In this document: in pieces, positions 40,762 to 50,897 of the stretch
How the letters are laid out: each line of letters begins with the position of its first letter
Numbering within the stretch: the stretch's first letter is position 1
Origin: Escherichia phage BUCT632
Reading direction: 5' to 3' (one strand)
Sequence record: PQ488502.1
DNA: 64,000 nt
Notes under the pieces: model-generated
What the model was told of the DNA's origin: nothing
What the model saw: the letters and a program-made list of their open reading frames with translations, nothing else
Database searches by the model: none
Position numbers and translations under genes: made by a program

Positions 40762-43092
40762 ATGAGCCATCGCATTGAAAAAGTAATTAAACGTGACGGT
40801 ACTGTAGAAGACTTTGCTCCTGAAAAACTCAATGGTTGGGCGGAGTATGGTTGCAAAACAGTTGATGTAAGTTGGTCAGCCATTACTATGGCTGCTCAAA
40901 AAACTCTGCCTAAAGGGGTTGTAGATTCCGACACTCTGATGGATGCATTAATTAAAGCTGCTGAAAGTCTTATCAAAGATAATCCAGCATATGATGTGCC
41001 AGCAAAGGAATTACGTCTTGCGCAAATGCGTAAACGCCTTTATGACTCTTTCGAACCACCTTCTCTACGCTTCTTCCATGACCACATGGTTAGCGTAGGT
41101 GCATGGGAAGACATGAGTGCGTGGATTACCGATGAGCAATTTGAAGCTCTGAATCAGGTTATTGACCATGATCGTGACCGTCTTTTTACTAGTGGTGGAC
41201 TGAAGCAGTTCTTTGATAAGTATTCCCGTCGTAACATAGCCACTGGTGAAATTTATGAAACTCCGCAGTTTGCCTACATGGGTATGGCAATGGCGATGTT
41301 ATCTCAACCTAACTGGACAATTCTAGATGCAATCGACCTCTACAACGCAATGTCACTCCACAAAATCAACGTTCCTACGCCGCCACTGGTTGGTCTGCGC
41401 TCTAGTGACCGTGGATTTGCTAGTTGCTGCCTCGTGGATTCCACTGACACGTTGGATTCAATCGACACCGCCGAGCACATCGTCTTCAAAATGGTCGCAG
41501 CCAGAGCGGGAATCGGGTATCATCTTGAAAGCCGATCAATTGCTGATCCGGTGCGAAATGGGGCATTCCCGCATTCCGGAAAACTGCCATATTATCGACA
41601 CATTGACCGCTCAGTAAAGGCCAATACTCAGCAAACTCGTGGTGGTTCTGCCACAGTGTCTTATCCATACTTCGACCCTGAAATCATTCAATTGATGCAG
41701 GTTAAGCAGCAACGTGCTACAGATGAGAATAAAATCGATAAGATGGATTATTCTCTGAGCTTTAACAATCTTTTGTTAAAACGTTATCTTAAAAACGAAG
41801 ATATTACGCTAATGTCATACTTCTATGCTCCAGAAGTTCATGAAGCGTTTTATAGTGATGACGAGGCTAAATTTGAAGAAATCTACGTGGCAGCGGAGAA
41901 ACGTGTGGCATCTCTTACAAAGATCGACCACGAAGGAAAAACAGTTCCAGCAGCTCCTAAAGTCTCTGCAAAAGAAATCCTAGATACTTGGCTACGTATC
42001 CGAATGGAAACAGGACGTATGTATGCGCATCACATCGGGGAATCTAACCGTCACGGTAACTTCCTTGATCCGATCCGTATGACAAACCTTTGTGTTGAAA
42101 TTACTCAGCCTACACGCCCGTTCCATCATATCACAGAACTGTATAAGACAAAAGAGCAGCTTGATCAAATGAAGCCGGAGGATATTGGTGAAGTATCTCT
42201 GTGTAACTTAGGTGGTGTTGTACTTGGACGCATGGAATCTCTGGCTGAGTGGGAAAAAACTTGCTACATCCTTCTGAAATTCGTTGATACAATTATTGAA
42301 ATTCAGGATTATCCGTTCCCAACTATGGAATACACAGCTAAGAAACGTCGTAACGTTGGTATTGGCCTGATGAACGCAGCAGGTGCAATGGCAGCAGAAG
42401 GTCTGGCTTATGAAGGTATTGAAGCCCGTAACTGGATCCACCGTGAGGCTGAAAAACTGTCTTACTTCCTGCATAAAGCCTCTGTACGCCTAGCTAAAGA
42501 ACAGGGTGCATGTGAGTGGTTTGATCGTACTAAACCGTCTAAAGGAATTCTGGTAATCGACACGTACAAGAAAACTGTTGATGAACTGGTATCTGTAGGT
42601 CTAGAAATGGATTGGGAGTCTCTGCGTGCAGATATTCTGAAATATGGTATGCGTAACTCTGTTCTGACTGCTCAGATGCCGGGAGAAAGTTCTTCTGTTC
42701 TGTTAGGTGTTACTAACTCTATCGAACCACCTCGTAAGATTGTATCTATCAAGGGTAGTGCAGTTAATAAAGTAATTGCAATTGCTCCAGGTGCAACTGA
42801 TTGGGAAACGTTAATGAGCTATAAACTGGCTTATGATGTAGATCGTATCGAGTGGATCAAATGGGTAGCAACTATGCAGAAATTCTTCAGTCAGTCTATC
42901 AGTACGAATATGTACTATGACTACACCAAGTTTGAGAATGAAATCATTCCTGGCCCAGTAGTAGTTCGTGATTTCATGACTGCTGTTAAGTATGGGTGGA
43001 AAACTTTCTACTATGCAAACTTCAATACCGCAAATGGTGGAGGTGCTGGAGAAGAAGCAGCCGGTTGTGCATCCGGTGGTTGTACTATTTAA
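40762..43092 (+). CDS. nrdA: Ribonucleoside-diphosphate reductase, large subunit (class Ia)
   Basis: About 776 aa from the ATG at 40762 (RBS AAAAAGGA); ATP-cone N-terminus, active-site region NLCVEI..., C-terminal CxxxxC pair. Confidence 0.85.
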   Translation: MSHRIEKVIKRDGTVEDFAPEKLNGWAEYGCKTVDVSWSAITMAAQKTLPKGVVDSDTLMDALIKAAESLIKDNPAYDVPAKELRLAQMRKRLYDSFEPPSLRFFHDHMVSVGAWEDMSAWITDEQFEALNQVIDHDRDRLFTSGGLKQFFDKYSRRNIATGEIYETPQFAYMGMAMAMLSQPNWTILDAIDLYNAMSLHKINVPTPPLVGLRSSDRGFASCCLVDSTDTLDSIDTAEHIVFKMVAARAGIGYHLESRSIADPVRNGAFPHSGKLPYYRHIDRSVKANTQQTRGGSATVSYPYFDPEIIQLMQVKQQRATDENKIDKMDYSLSFNNLLLKRYLKNEDITLMSYFYAPEVHEAFYSDDEAKFEEIYVAAEKRVASLTKIDHEGKTVPAAPKVSAKEILDTWLRIRMETGRMYAHHIGESNRHGNFLDPIRMTNLCVEITQPTRPFHHITELYKTKEQLDQMKPEDIGEVSLCNLGGVVLGRMESLAEWEKTCYILLKFVDTIIEIQDYPFPTMEYTAKKRRNVGIGLMNAAGAMAAEGLAYEGIEARNWIHREAEKLSYFLHKASVRLAKEQGACEWFDRTKPSKGILVIDTYKKTVDELVSVGLEMDWESLRADILKYGMRNSVLTAQMPGESSSVLLGVTNSIEPPRKIVSIKGSAVNKVIAIAPGATDWETLMSYKLAYDVDRIEWIKWVATMQKFFSQSISTNMYYDYTKFENEIIPGPVVVRDFMTAVKYGWKTFYYANFNTANGGGAGEEAAGCASGGCTI

Positions 43093-43100
43093 TAAAAACA

Positions 43101-43128
43101 AGGAGATCTTCGGGTCTCCTTTTTCTTT
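43101..43128 (+). terminator. Terminator hairpin after nrdA
   Basis: AGGAGATC-TTCG-GGTCTCCT followed by TTTTTCTTT. Confidence 0.7.
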
Positions 43129-43138
43129 GAAATTTTAC

Positions 43139-43167
43139 TTGCTAATCGCTACCAGATTTGCTATAAT
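43139..43167 (+). promoter_or_regulatory. Promoter (TTGCTA-N17-TATAAT) upstream of nrdB
   Basis: -35 at 43139-43144, -10 at 43162-43167. Confidence 0.65.
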
Positions 43168-43198
43168 ATTCCTGAAATAGTGAGAAAGAGGAAAATCA

Positions 43199-44344
43199 AT
43201 GACTACTTTACTAAACCTGAATTGGGATCATACTAACGCTGACCTTTTCCTGGGAGATTCTCTCGGTATCGCAGATTATGTACGTGTAGCACATCCAGAA
43301 CTAGAACGTCTGGCACTTCTGCAACGCTCTCAATTTTGGACTGAAACTGAAACCAGTCTGGAAGCAGATAAGAAACAATGGCCTAATCTCCCACGTGAAA
43401 TTCAGGAAATTACACTCCTGAACTTAGCATGGCAGACTCAAACTGATTCCTTTATCAGTCGTGCCCCGGAAGCAGCTATTATGCCGCTTGTAAGTCGTCC
43501 AGAACTAGAGGGTATGCTCAAACAGTGGAGCTACTTCGAAGATCTGCATAGTCGTGCTTATAGCAATATTATCCGTAATGTGCTAACTGATCCAGCAGAA
43601 TTTATTGATTCTGTAACCAAAAACCAAGAAGCATTCGCACGCATCGCTGATTCTGTTGAACTATTCGATGAACTGTACCAGTTAGGTCAGTATTTCATTG
43701 CAGTACGCGATCATCGTGGCGACAATACATATCCAGAAACTGAGTTCCCTGAAGTTAAACGTGAAACTCAGGCTAAGCTATTAGATGCTTACTTTGCAAT
43801 CTACGGTCTGGAAGCAATGCAGTTTTACGCATCCTTTGCATGTACCTTTGCATTAGCAGAGAACGATATTCTGCAAGGTATTGCTAAAAACCTACAATTA
43901 ATCGCTAAAGATGAAGCTCTGCACACTCAGATGTCCAAAGCAATCATCCAGATTATGTTTCAGCAATTTGACAAAGATCTGGTAGATGAAGCAGTGGCTA
44001 AAGCACCAGCACAGCTCTTAAAAACTCTGAAAACTGAAATTGAATGGGGTCATTTCATTTTCAAAGGTCGTAGTCTGATTGGTTTGAACGCAGAACTTCT
44101 AGAAGAGTACCTATATTTTGTGGGACGTAATGCGTTTATGCACATTGGTGTAGAATGGCCTAGTCATTTACCAGTAATCACCAAAAACCCTATTCCGTGG
44201 ATCATGAACTGGTTGGATACCACTTCTTTACAGCCTGCTCCACAAGAAATCCAGATTGGTGCAGCCTACCGTGTAGGTCAGGTAACTGAGACCTCTACGG
44301 ATACTCTGAAAGATCTGGGCAATGAATTTGGAGATTTCTTATGA
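43199..44344 (+). CDS. nrdB: Ribonucleoside-diphosphate reductase, small subunit
   Basis: 381 aa; di-iron ligand pattern and tyrosyl-radical region. Confidence 0.8.
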   Translation: MTTLLNLNWDHTNADLFLGDSLGIADYVRVAHPELERLALLQRSQFWTETETSLEADKKQWPNLPREIQEITLLNLAWQTQTDSFISRAPEAAIMPLVSRPELEGMLKQWSYFEDLHSRAYSNIIRNVLTDPAEFIDSVTKNQEAFARIADSVELFDELYQLGQYFIAVRDHRGDNTYPETEFPEVKRETQAKLLDAYFAIYGLEAMQFYASFACTFALAENDILQGIAKNLQLIAKDEALHTQMSKAIIQIMFQQFDKDLVDEAVAKAPAQLLKTLKTEIEWGHFIFKGRSLIGLNAELLEEYLYFVGRNAFMHIGVEWPSHLPVITKNPIPWIMNWLDTTSLQPAPQEIQIGAAYRVGQVTETSTDTLKDLGNEFGDFL

Positions 44345-44874
44345 TAACGGCATTATATGCAGTTGGGCCGAATGGGGAGTTCGGCCTCCGAGGTAAACTC
44401 CCCTGGGGTTCCTTCAAAGAAGAACTAGATGCTTTCTACTCTCAACTGGACGTGTTGAACCCAGATAACATCATCATTGGTGCGGGTACTTATTTAGCAC
44501 TTCCAGAAGTTGTTCGGCAACGTATGATTGGAGAATCTGACCTCTTTATTCGTGCGGATCGTCCTCTGCCTGATGATATTAAACATGGTATTTACACTCC
44601 AATTTCTAAGATTGGGGATACATTACCTACATTCTTAAAAGATCAACAGACAGTGGTTTTAGGTGGCGCAACATTACTGTACGAAATGTATATTCATGGA
44701 CATATTGAAAGTGCTTTTGTATCAACAATCTTTAGTAATCAAAAACTAGAGGCAGATGTACATCTGGATAATATGATTCTAGATTACAACTATGAATCTA
44801 CTCGTTTAGTTTACGCAACCGGCGCAAACAGTGATAACAGCCTGCGATTTGTACAGGAATTGGTTACTTATTAA
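44341..44874 (+). CDS. Dihydrofolate reductase-like protein
   Basis: 177 aa; N-terminal [22 protein letters not shown]; placed between nrdB and thyA as in T-even and T5 phages. Confidence 0.65.
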   Translation: MITALYAVGPNGEFGLRGKLPWGSFKEELDAFYSQLDVLNPDNIIIGAGTYLALPEVVRQRMIGESDLFIRADRPLPDDIKHGIYTPISKIGDTLPTFLKDQQTVVLGGATLLYEMYIHGHIESAFVSTIFSNQKLEADVHLDNMILDYNYESTRLVYATGANSDNSLRFVQELVTY

Positions 44875-45728
44875 TGGATCAGTATATCGAAGTTGGAAAA
44901 CGTATTCTATCAGAAGGTCAGTGGGTAACGAACCCTAGAACAGGGGTTCGTTGCCTCACTATTATTGACGCAGACTTTACTTTTAACGTGGGTGCAGGGG
45001 AATTTCCACTTATTACTACTCGTAAGGCGTTTGCAAAACAAGCAATAATGGAAATGATTGGGTATCTACGTGGGTATGACTCAGCAGCACAATTCCGCGC
45101 TATTGGTGTTAACACATGGAATGCTAATGCAAATGAAAACTTAGCTTGGCTAGACAATCAATACCGTAAAGGTGAGGATGATATGGGACGAGTCTATGGT
45201 GTTCAAGGACGTCAGTGGACTAATTCCGATGGTCTTATGTTTGACCAACTAGCCAAGATTTATCATAACCTGAAGAAGGGCATTGATGATCGTGGGGAAA
45301 TTCTAACATTCTGGAATCCGGGAGAGTTCTCAAAGGGTTGCTTACGTCCATGTATGCACACTCATCAATTCTCTATTTTGGGAGATACATTATACCTGAA
45401 CTCTTTCCAGAGATCTAATGACTTCCTGTTAGGCCAAGTATTTAACATGGTTCAGTGCTATACGCTTCTAGCATTAATGGCACAGATTACAGGTCTTAAA
45501 CCAGGAATTGCACGCCAGAAGATTATCAATCTTCATATCTATGAGGATCAGTATAATGTTTTGATGGAGCATAAGCAATTCGATCGTGAACCTTTTGCGC
45601 ATCCTACTCTAGAAATCAATCCAAACATCCGAACTCTGGAGGATGTATTGACCTGGGTAAGTAAGGATGATTTTACTGTTCGTGGTTACGAACACCACCC
45701 TGCTATTGCATATCCATTCACTGTGTAA
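44874..45728 (+). CDS. thyA: Thymidylate synthase
   Basis: 284 aa; ThyA motifs (FWNPGEF, catalytic cysteine region [10 protein letters not shown]). Confidence 0.85.
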   Translation: MDQYIEVGKRILSEGQWVTNPRTGVRCLTIIDADFTFNVGAGEFPLITTRKAFAKQAIMEMIGYLRGYDSAAQFRAIGVNTWNANANENLAWLDNQYRKGEDDMGRVYGVQGRQWTNSDGLMFDQLAKIYHNLKKGIDDRGEILTFWNPGEFSKGCLRPCMHTHQFSILGDTLYLNSFQRSNDFLLGQVFNMVQCYTLLALMAQITGLKPGIARQKIINLHIYEDQYNVLMEHKQFDREPFAHPTLEINPNIRTLEDVLTWVSKDDFTVRGYEHHPAIAYPFTV

Positions 45729-45734
45729 TTTAAA

Positions 45735-45750
45735 TAGCCCTTCGGGGCTA
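45735..45750 (+). terminator. Terminator hairpin after thyA
   Basis: TAGCCC-TTCG-GGGCTA followed by TTATATTT. Confidence 0.6.
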
Positions 45751-45768
45751 TTATATTTGAAATTGTAT

Positions 45769-45798
45769 TTGCTTATTAAGTACAATTTCAAATATAAT
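45769..45798 (+). promoter_or_regulatory. Promoter (TTGCTT-N18-TATAAT)
   Basis: -35 at 45769-45774, -10 at 45793-45798. Confidence 0.6.
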
Positions 45799-45827
45799 AT
45801 ACTCAATAAGTACAAAAGGATAATAAA

Positions 45828-46211
45828 ATGAGTAAAGAAATTGAATTAGAACAAGCCCTTCTGAGTTACTCCAATTACTTGCAGAGTGATAAAGAAACTA
45901 TTACTAAGGAACAGGTATTATTAATACTAGACTCTATCACTTCTAAATTCAGGACTTTAGAAGACTACTACTCTGTAGGCAATGGAGATGAGAAGGTAGA
46001 GTTACGTCTAAATCTTCTAGAAGATATGGGTTGGGACGAGGAAGATCAATTAGGACATTTAGGTATATCTACAGAAATTCTAGAAAATACAGAGTATGAA
46101 AATATACTTGAAGTAAAGAGCAGAAGTGCTATTCGATATAATACTTATGGTACAGGTATTACAGGAATAAAAGCATTACTTAGTATAGACATAGGATGGT
46201 TAGATGAATAA
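45828..46211 (+). CDS. Hypothetical acidic protein
   Basis: 127-aa ORF in an AT-rich insert. Confidence 0.5.
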   Translation: MSKEIELEQALLSYSNYLQSDKETITKEQVLLILDSITSKFRTLEDYYSVGNGDEKVELRLNLLEDMGWDEEDQLGHLGISTEILENTEYENILEVKSRSAIRYNTYGTGITGIKALLSIDIGWLDE

Positions 46212-46752
46212 AAAGTTACCTAGCCAAGAAAGATTAAAAGAATTATTAATCTATGATCCAGATACCGGTATATTTACTAATAAGGTAAGTCGTGGTAGGG
46301 GAGGAAAAGCAGGTTCACCCGCTGGATACCTAAGAAAAGATGGCTATATAACTATTAAGATAGATAAAATAGATTATTTAGCACATAGACTAGCCTTTCT
46401 ATACATGACAGGATCAATACCAGATTTAATAGACCACAAAAATAGGATTAGGTCAGATAATAGGTGGATAAACCTAAGAGAAGCTACAAGCCAGTCTAAT
46501 AATAGAAACTGTACCGCATCGAGTAAATCTGGATATCTAGGTGTACACTGGAACAAACAATTGCAGAAATGGCAAGTACAGGTGATTGATAATAATGGTA
46601 AAAATATTTACGGGGGTGTTTTTGACTACTTAGACCTAGAAAGTGCGGTCATAAAGGCTAATGAACTAAGAAAAACACTTCATGGTAGCGAAGCTGTTAT
46701 AGAAGATTTCTATACCAACTATTACCCACCAATAGAGGAACTTAATAAGTGA
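46204..46752 (+). mobile_element. HNH homing endonuclease gene with AP2-like DNA-binding domain
   Basis: HNH_3-type motif YLAHRLAFLY...DHKNRIRSDNRWINLREATSQSNNRN and AP2-like GYLGVHWNKQLQKWQVQVIDNNGKNIYGGVF; AT-rich codon usage; inserted between thyA and rnh. Confidence 0.75.
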
Positions 46753-47225
46753 GCGTTTTCCACATTTACACAGATGGTGCTTGTAAGTCTAACCCAGGTC
46801 CAGGTGCTTGGGGTTTTATTGTCTATGATGATAACGACGATCGTTTAGGTTCTAAATCTGGTTATAATCCTAAAACTACAAATAATGAGATGGAACTCAC
46901 AGCTATTGTAGAAGCTCTACGTTGGTCTGTTAAAAAAGATAATAGACCGATTGCTATCTATACTGACTCTGCTTATTGCAAAAATGGTATGGAAAGTTGG
47001 ATGTTTTCTTGGCAAAGGAAAGGTTGGAAGAAAGCAGATGGTGAAGTTCCTCTTAATCTAGAACTTTGGCAGGAAGCATTTAAATTAACACAGCAGTATA
47101 TCAACTTTCATAACACTAACCCTACCTTTATTAAGGTTAAAGGACATTCTGGTATTAGTGGTAATGAAGCTGTAGATGCCTTATGTAATACAGTTATTAC
47201 TGAAGCTGAAATGGCTGAGATGTGA
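46749..47225 (+). CDS. rnh: Ribonuclease H
   Basis: 158 aa; RNase H1 catalytic residues (YTDGAC, ELTAIVEAL, YTDSAY, HSGISGNEAVDAL). Confidence 0.85.
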   Translation: MSVFHIYTDGACKSNPGPGAWGFIVYDDNDDRLGSKSGYNPKTTNNEMELTAIVEALRWSVKKDNRPIAIYTDSAYCKNGMESWMFSWQRKGWKKADGEVPLNLELWQEAFKLTQQYINFHNTNPTFIKVKGHSGISGNEAVDALCNTVITEAEMAEM

Positions 47226-47245
47226 TAAATAAACTAAAAATTTTC

Positions 47246-47274
47246 TTGCTTAAAACCCTCTAATTTAGTATAAT
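47246..47274 (+). promoter_or_regulatory. Promoter (TTGCTT-N17-TATAAT)
   Basis: -35 at 47246-47251, -10 at 47269-47274. Confidence 0.65.
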
Positions 47275-47301
47275 ATTCGTATTGAAAGTGAGGAGGGCTT
47301 T

Positions 47302-47580
47302 ATGCGAATTTATAACTCAAATTCATTAGGGTTTAAACCATTGAGAAAACGTGCACAATCACCTCGTAAAATAAGAAAGGCTAATATTGGTGAGCCAGAA
47401 ACACGTCTTCCACCTCCACCAGAACAACGTTTAGTTTACCTGGATGAAGAATTAGCTGAACGCGAAAGAAAAGCTCAAGAAGAGATTGAGCGTAAGAAAA
47501 TGTGTACTGCTCCAGCGTATAATAAAGGGGCGTATCAATATGTCTCAGATGCCGAACAAGCTAAGATGGTTGGTAGATAA
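47302..47580 (+). CDS. Hypothetical protein
   Basis: 92-aa ORF after promoter and RBS GAGGAGGG. Confidence 0.55.
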   Translation: MRIYNSNSLGFKPLRKRAQSPRKIRKANIGEPETRLPPPPEQRLVYLDEELAERERKAQEEIERKKMCTAPAYNKGAYQYVSDAEQAKMVGR

Positions 47581-47596
47581 TTTTTAAAAAATTCAT

Positions 47597-47625
47597 TTGC
47601 TAAACGCTTCAAATTCTCGTATAAT
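47597..47625 (+). promoter_or_regulatory. Promoter (TTGCTA-N17-TATAAT)
   Basis: -35 at 47597-47602, -10 at 47620-47625. Confidence 0.65.
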
Positions 47626-47663
47626 ATACTTCATAAATTGATAAACAAAAAGGAAAATAAATA

Positions 47664-48179
47664 ATGGCTAAGCAGAAAACCGCAAAAACTCAAGCAGCTC
47701 CGGCAGTTAAAACTTTCCCGCAGACCGAGGCTAATCGCAAAGCTCGTCTGGAACGCCACCTGCGTAAGCATCCTACCGATGCTCAGGCTGCTCAAGCACT
47801 GAATAATCCGGCTCCGATTCGTCAGAAGCCTAAGGCTAAAAATGCCACACGTCAATTCTACAAAATGGTTATGTATGTAGAAAATTACGGCCACAAATCT
47901 GTCCCAGTTTCCCTGAGCTTCAACGCTGGGGCTGAATTGTTCTCTCGTAATGGTATGTCTATGAAAGACTATGAAAAGGCAGTTAACCAGAAGCGTAAAC
48001 CAACAGCAGATGTATTGCGTGATACTCGTGGACAGTTTGGCTCTGTTAAACCAAATATCTTTGGCGTAGAGTATAGTAAAGATAATGTTCGTGCTCTGTG
48101 TTACGGTGTAGGCATTAAGTTCACGGGTGATTCTGCTCGTAAATCTGCTAAACCAGCTCGTAAGCGTAAAGCGAAGTAA
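47664..48179 (+). CDS. Hypothetical basic protein (possible nucleic-acid-binding)
   Basis: 171 aa, Lys/Arg-rich at both termini. Confidence 0.5.
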   Translation: MAKQKTAKTQAAPAVKTFPQTEANRKARLERHLRKHPTDAQAAQALNNPAPIRQKPKAKNATRQFYKMVMYVENYGHKSVPVSLSFNAGAELFSRNGMSMKDYEKAVNQKRKPTADVLRDTRGQFGSVKPNIFGVEYSKDNVRALCYGVGIKFTGDSARKSAKPARKRKAK

Positions 48180-48187
48180 TAGATAAA

Positions 48188-48212
48188 TAGGGGCGAAAGC
48201 CCCTCTTATTTG
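48188..48212 (+). terminator. Terminator hairpin
   Basis: AGGGGCGAAAGCCCCT followed by CTTATTT. Confidence 0.6.
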
Positions 48213-48220
48213 GAGAGACT

Positions 48221-48457
48221 ATGCGTAATTTTGTAGCAAAGAATGATTTTAACCGTGCTAGCACTCATAAGTCCGCTAGAGATTACACGCGACTTTCTAG
48301 TCATGAGGTAATGGACACCTGTTATGAAGAGCTGGAAGGTAGCTGGAATGAATGGCCCGACTTCTCTATGGAAGAGAACTGGGATGTCAGTGAGGATATG
48401 CTTCCTGGTTTTAAAGACCCCAAGAAGTGGGAGTCTATTAAAGAGACAGCTCTTTAA
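48221..48457 (+). CDS. Hypothetical acidic protein
   Basis: 78-aa ORF. Confidence 0.45.
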   Translation: MRNFVAKNDFNRASTHKSARDYTRLSSHEVMDTCYEELEGSWNEWPDFSMEENWDVSEDMLPGFKDPKKWESIKETAL

Positions 48458-48485
48458 TAGTTTTCTACACAATAAAGGATAAGTT

Positions 48486-49187
48486 ATGAAAGTAAAACCA
48501 TTTGGTATGCTAGATATTGAATCTCTAGGAACTCCAGGAGATTGTGGTACTACTCATATCGCAATGCCTTCATTCGCTTTTGTAGCTATGCATGGAATTG
48601 ATAAAGACCCTGGTCTAGTATTTGTTACTTTGGATGTACAAGATCAGCTTAATTCTGGTGCTAAAGTTACAGCGTCTACTCTAGCATTCTGGATGGATCA
48701 AGCTAAGCATAGCCCGTCTGCTATCCACATTATGGAAGCTATGAACGAGCGTAATCCAAAGCTGATTGCATTCCAAAACGGTAAACATCATTGTACTAGT
48801 AAACTCGGCTCTAACTATGCTGCCTACTCTAAGGCCCAAAATATTATGGAGTTGGCTCTAGGCGATAATGCTTTGTATTATGGCAACGGCCCAGAGTTCG
48901 ATATGACTATCTACTCTGCAAACACTTTCCATGCTGGAACCAATGAAGAAATAGTTCCGTGGAAATTCTGGAACTTGGGTAATGTTCGATCTCTTCGTAA
49001 TCTCTGGATGCAAACTGGCTATAGTTATAAAGCTCTAGAAACCGAAGCTATTAGCTGGGCAATAGCTAAAATGGAGAAAATGGACACTATTCGTTATGGG
49101 ATCTATCCGGTTAAGCATGATCCAGCATTCGATGCCTTAGTTGAGAGCTATTGTGTTGCAGCTATGATCGAAAAAATGAAAATTTGA
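48486..49187 (+). CDS. DEDDh-type 3'-5' exonuclease-like protein
   Basis: N-terminal MLDIESLG (D-x-E) and C-terminal H-x4-D (KHDPAFDAL); about 233 aa, similar in size to T4 DexA. Confidence 0.5.
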   Translation: MKVKPFGMLDIESLGTPGDCGTTHIAMPSFAFVAMHGIDKDPGLVFVTLDVQDQLNSGAKVTASTLAFWMDQAKHSPSAIHIMEAMNERNPKLIAFQNGKHHCTSKLGSNYAAYSKAQNIMELALGDNALYYGNGPEFDMTIYSANTFHAGTNEEIVPWKFWNLGNVRSLRNLWMQTGYSYKALETEAISWAIAKMEKMDTIRYGIYPVKHDPAFDALVESYCVAAMIEKMKI

Positions 49188-49188
49188 T

Positions 49189-49217
49189 TTGCTTTCGGCT
49201 CCAAAATTCTGTATAAT
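49189..49217 (+). promoter_or_regulatory. Promoter (TTGCTT-N17-TATAAT)
   Basis: -35 at 49189-49194, -10 at 49212-49217. Confidence 0.65.
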
Positions 49218-49257
49218 ATATTCATAAATTTGAGAAAACAATAAAAGGAAAACAAAT

Positions 49258-49440
49258 ATGCCAGTATCTAAAAATGTTCGTAAAAATGGTAAGAAAGCTA
49301 CTCGTAATCTGGGTATCCGTCGTATGGCTGAACGTCAATCAGGTATCCAGAAAATCTTTGATCTGCTAAATCGTGCTAATCCTAAAATTGATAACAGTAA
49401 CGATACTGTTCTGCGCACTCTGCTGGCAATTGGTCTGTAA
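49258..49440 (+). CDS. Hypothetical small basic protein
   Basis: 60-aa ORF after promoter and RBS AAAAGGAAA. Confidence 0.5.
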   Translation: MPVSKNVRKNGKKATRNLGIRRMAERQSGIQKIFDLLNRANPKIDNSNDTVLRTLLAIGL

Positions 49441-49493
49441 TAGACCAAATTTAAACAAATTCAAATCTCAAACTTCATATAAGGAAGCAAATA

Positions 49494-50132
49494 ATGACTA
49501 CTCGTATTTCTAAAACTCGCGCTCTGGCAACTATCAAATCTCTGGAAGCTAAAATCCGTAAAGCTACTGAACAACAGCTTCTGATCGCTGTTGGTGAAGG
49601 TAAGGATAAAAATAAGGTTGTAGTTGGCGCTGCAATCGAAGTAGATGACCTGTCTACCCGTATTAAGACTGATTTCCAATCTCTGCTGGATATGATGTCC
49701 CAGCGTGATCGTATCAAAGCTGCTCTGATTAAGAGCAATGCAGAAACAATCGTTGAGATTGGTTCTCGTAAAATGACTGTTGCGGAAGCAATTGAAGCTA
49801 AGCGTTCTATGGAGCTTAAAGCTCAACTGCTGGCTAACATGCGTAAGCAGTTCCATGCCGCTACGGTTAAGTTTAATACGCAGAAAGCACAGTTTGATGC
49901 TAAATATGAGCGTTTGCAGGATAGCATGGCTACCCGCGATAAGAAAACTTCCGAAGATGAAGTTAAAATGCAGCTCAACCTGCTGGAACTCAAGAATACT
50001 CCATTCTTGATTGATCCTCTGGAACTGGAGAAGCTGATTAAGCAGCATGACGAGGAATACCAGGACTTTGCAACAAATGTTGACTTTGTTCTGTCCGAGT
50101 CTAACGCTTCTACCTTCATTGAAGTAGAGTAA
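49494..50132 (+). CDS. Hypothetical protein
   Basis: 212-aa ORF with RBS AAGGAAG; helical and coiled-coil-like. Confidence 0.55.
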   Translation: MTTRISKTRALATIKSLEAKIRKATEQQLLIAVGEGKDKNKVVVGAAIEVDDLSTRIKTDFQSLLDMMSQRDRIKAALIKSNAETIVEIGSRKMTVAEAIEAKRSMELKAQLLANMRKQFHAATVKFNTQKAQFDAKYERLQDSMATRDKKTSEDEVKMQLNLLELKNTPFLIDPLELEKLIKQHDEEYQDFATNVDFVLSESNASTFIEVE

Positions 50133-50515
50133 TAATTTAAAAGCTAGTAAATCGGTAGACGAAAGCCCAAGCATCTTACCTCGCAGCAGCGGTTGAAATA
50201 CGAGGTTAAATAAGACCGCTGACCATACTATAAAGTATAATCTATTGGAGATTATGTTTATTACACCAGCCTTTTAAGCTGACACGTAAGAACAAAGCGT
50301 CGTTGATATTACCGACACAACTTCAAAGATAAACATTTAAGTATGAAAGCTGAAAAGTTTAAAGAACTCAAACTTCTAAACTTCTAAAGCTAAAAGATGC
50401 AAAGTATTCGTTGATGATTCAAACCCTAGATCAAAGGTACATGGCTCATAAGATATGGCCTGTGGCGCCTCTAGGCTGTTTATCGGTTTACTAGTTTCAC
50501 AATTTAAAAATGTAT

Positions 50516-50544
50516 TTGCTAATTTACTAAGTTATCTGTATAAT
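50516..50544 (+). promoter_or_regulatory. Promoter (TTGCTA-N17-TATAAT)
   Basis: -35 at 50516-50521, -10 at 50539-50544. Confidence 0.65.
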
Positions 50545-50574
50545 ATATTTTTAAATTGATGAAACGAGGCTATT

Positions 50575-50892
50575 ATGACTTTTCATATTTTGATTGATGA
50601 TGTGCGTAATCTTCACGGAATGGACATTATCATTCGAACCCCAGAAGCCGCTGTAGAGTTTCTGAATAAAACTGATACCACAGGCCATTTCGTTTATATG
50701 GATAATGACTTGGCTGTAGATGGTATGGAAGGTTATCAAATTCTTCGTTTACTCTTAGAATTTGGGCAGAGACCAAAGAAAGTGGTACTAGTAACCTCGA
50801 ACCCAGTAGCTAAGCAAAATATGCGTAATGATTTGCTTGACTTAGGGTATAAAGAAAATCCCAATCGTGTTGAATATGATTGGCAGGAGTAA
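50575..50892 (+). CDS. Stand-alone CheY-like receiver (REC) domain-like protein
   Basis: 105 aa; ILIDDV..., FVYMDNDLAVDGMEGY..., VVLVTSNP...AKQ pattern resembles the Asp pocket / phospho-Asp / Thr / Lys layout of receiver domains. Confidence 0.4.
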   Translation: MTFHILIDDVRNLHGMDIIIRTPEAAVEFLNKTDTTGHFVYMDNDLAVDGMEGYQILRLLLEFGQRPKKVVLVTSNPVAKQNMRNDLLDLGYKENPNRVEYDWQE

Positions 50893-50897
50893 AAAGA

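Noticed and set aside
49461-50174. 237-aa minus-strand ORF
   Set aside because: Antisense to the better-supported plus-strand 212-aa gene, which has a promoter and RBS; translation is Leu/Phe-rich low-complexity
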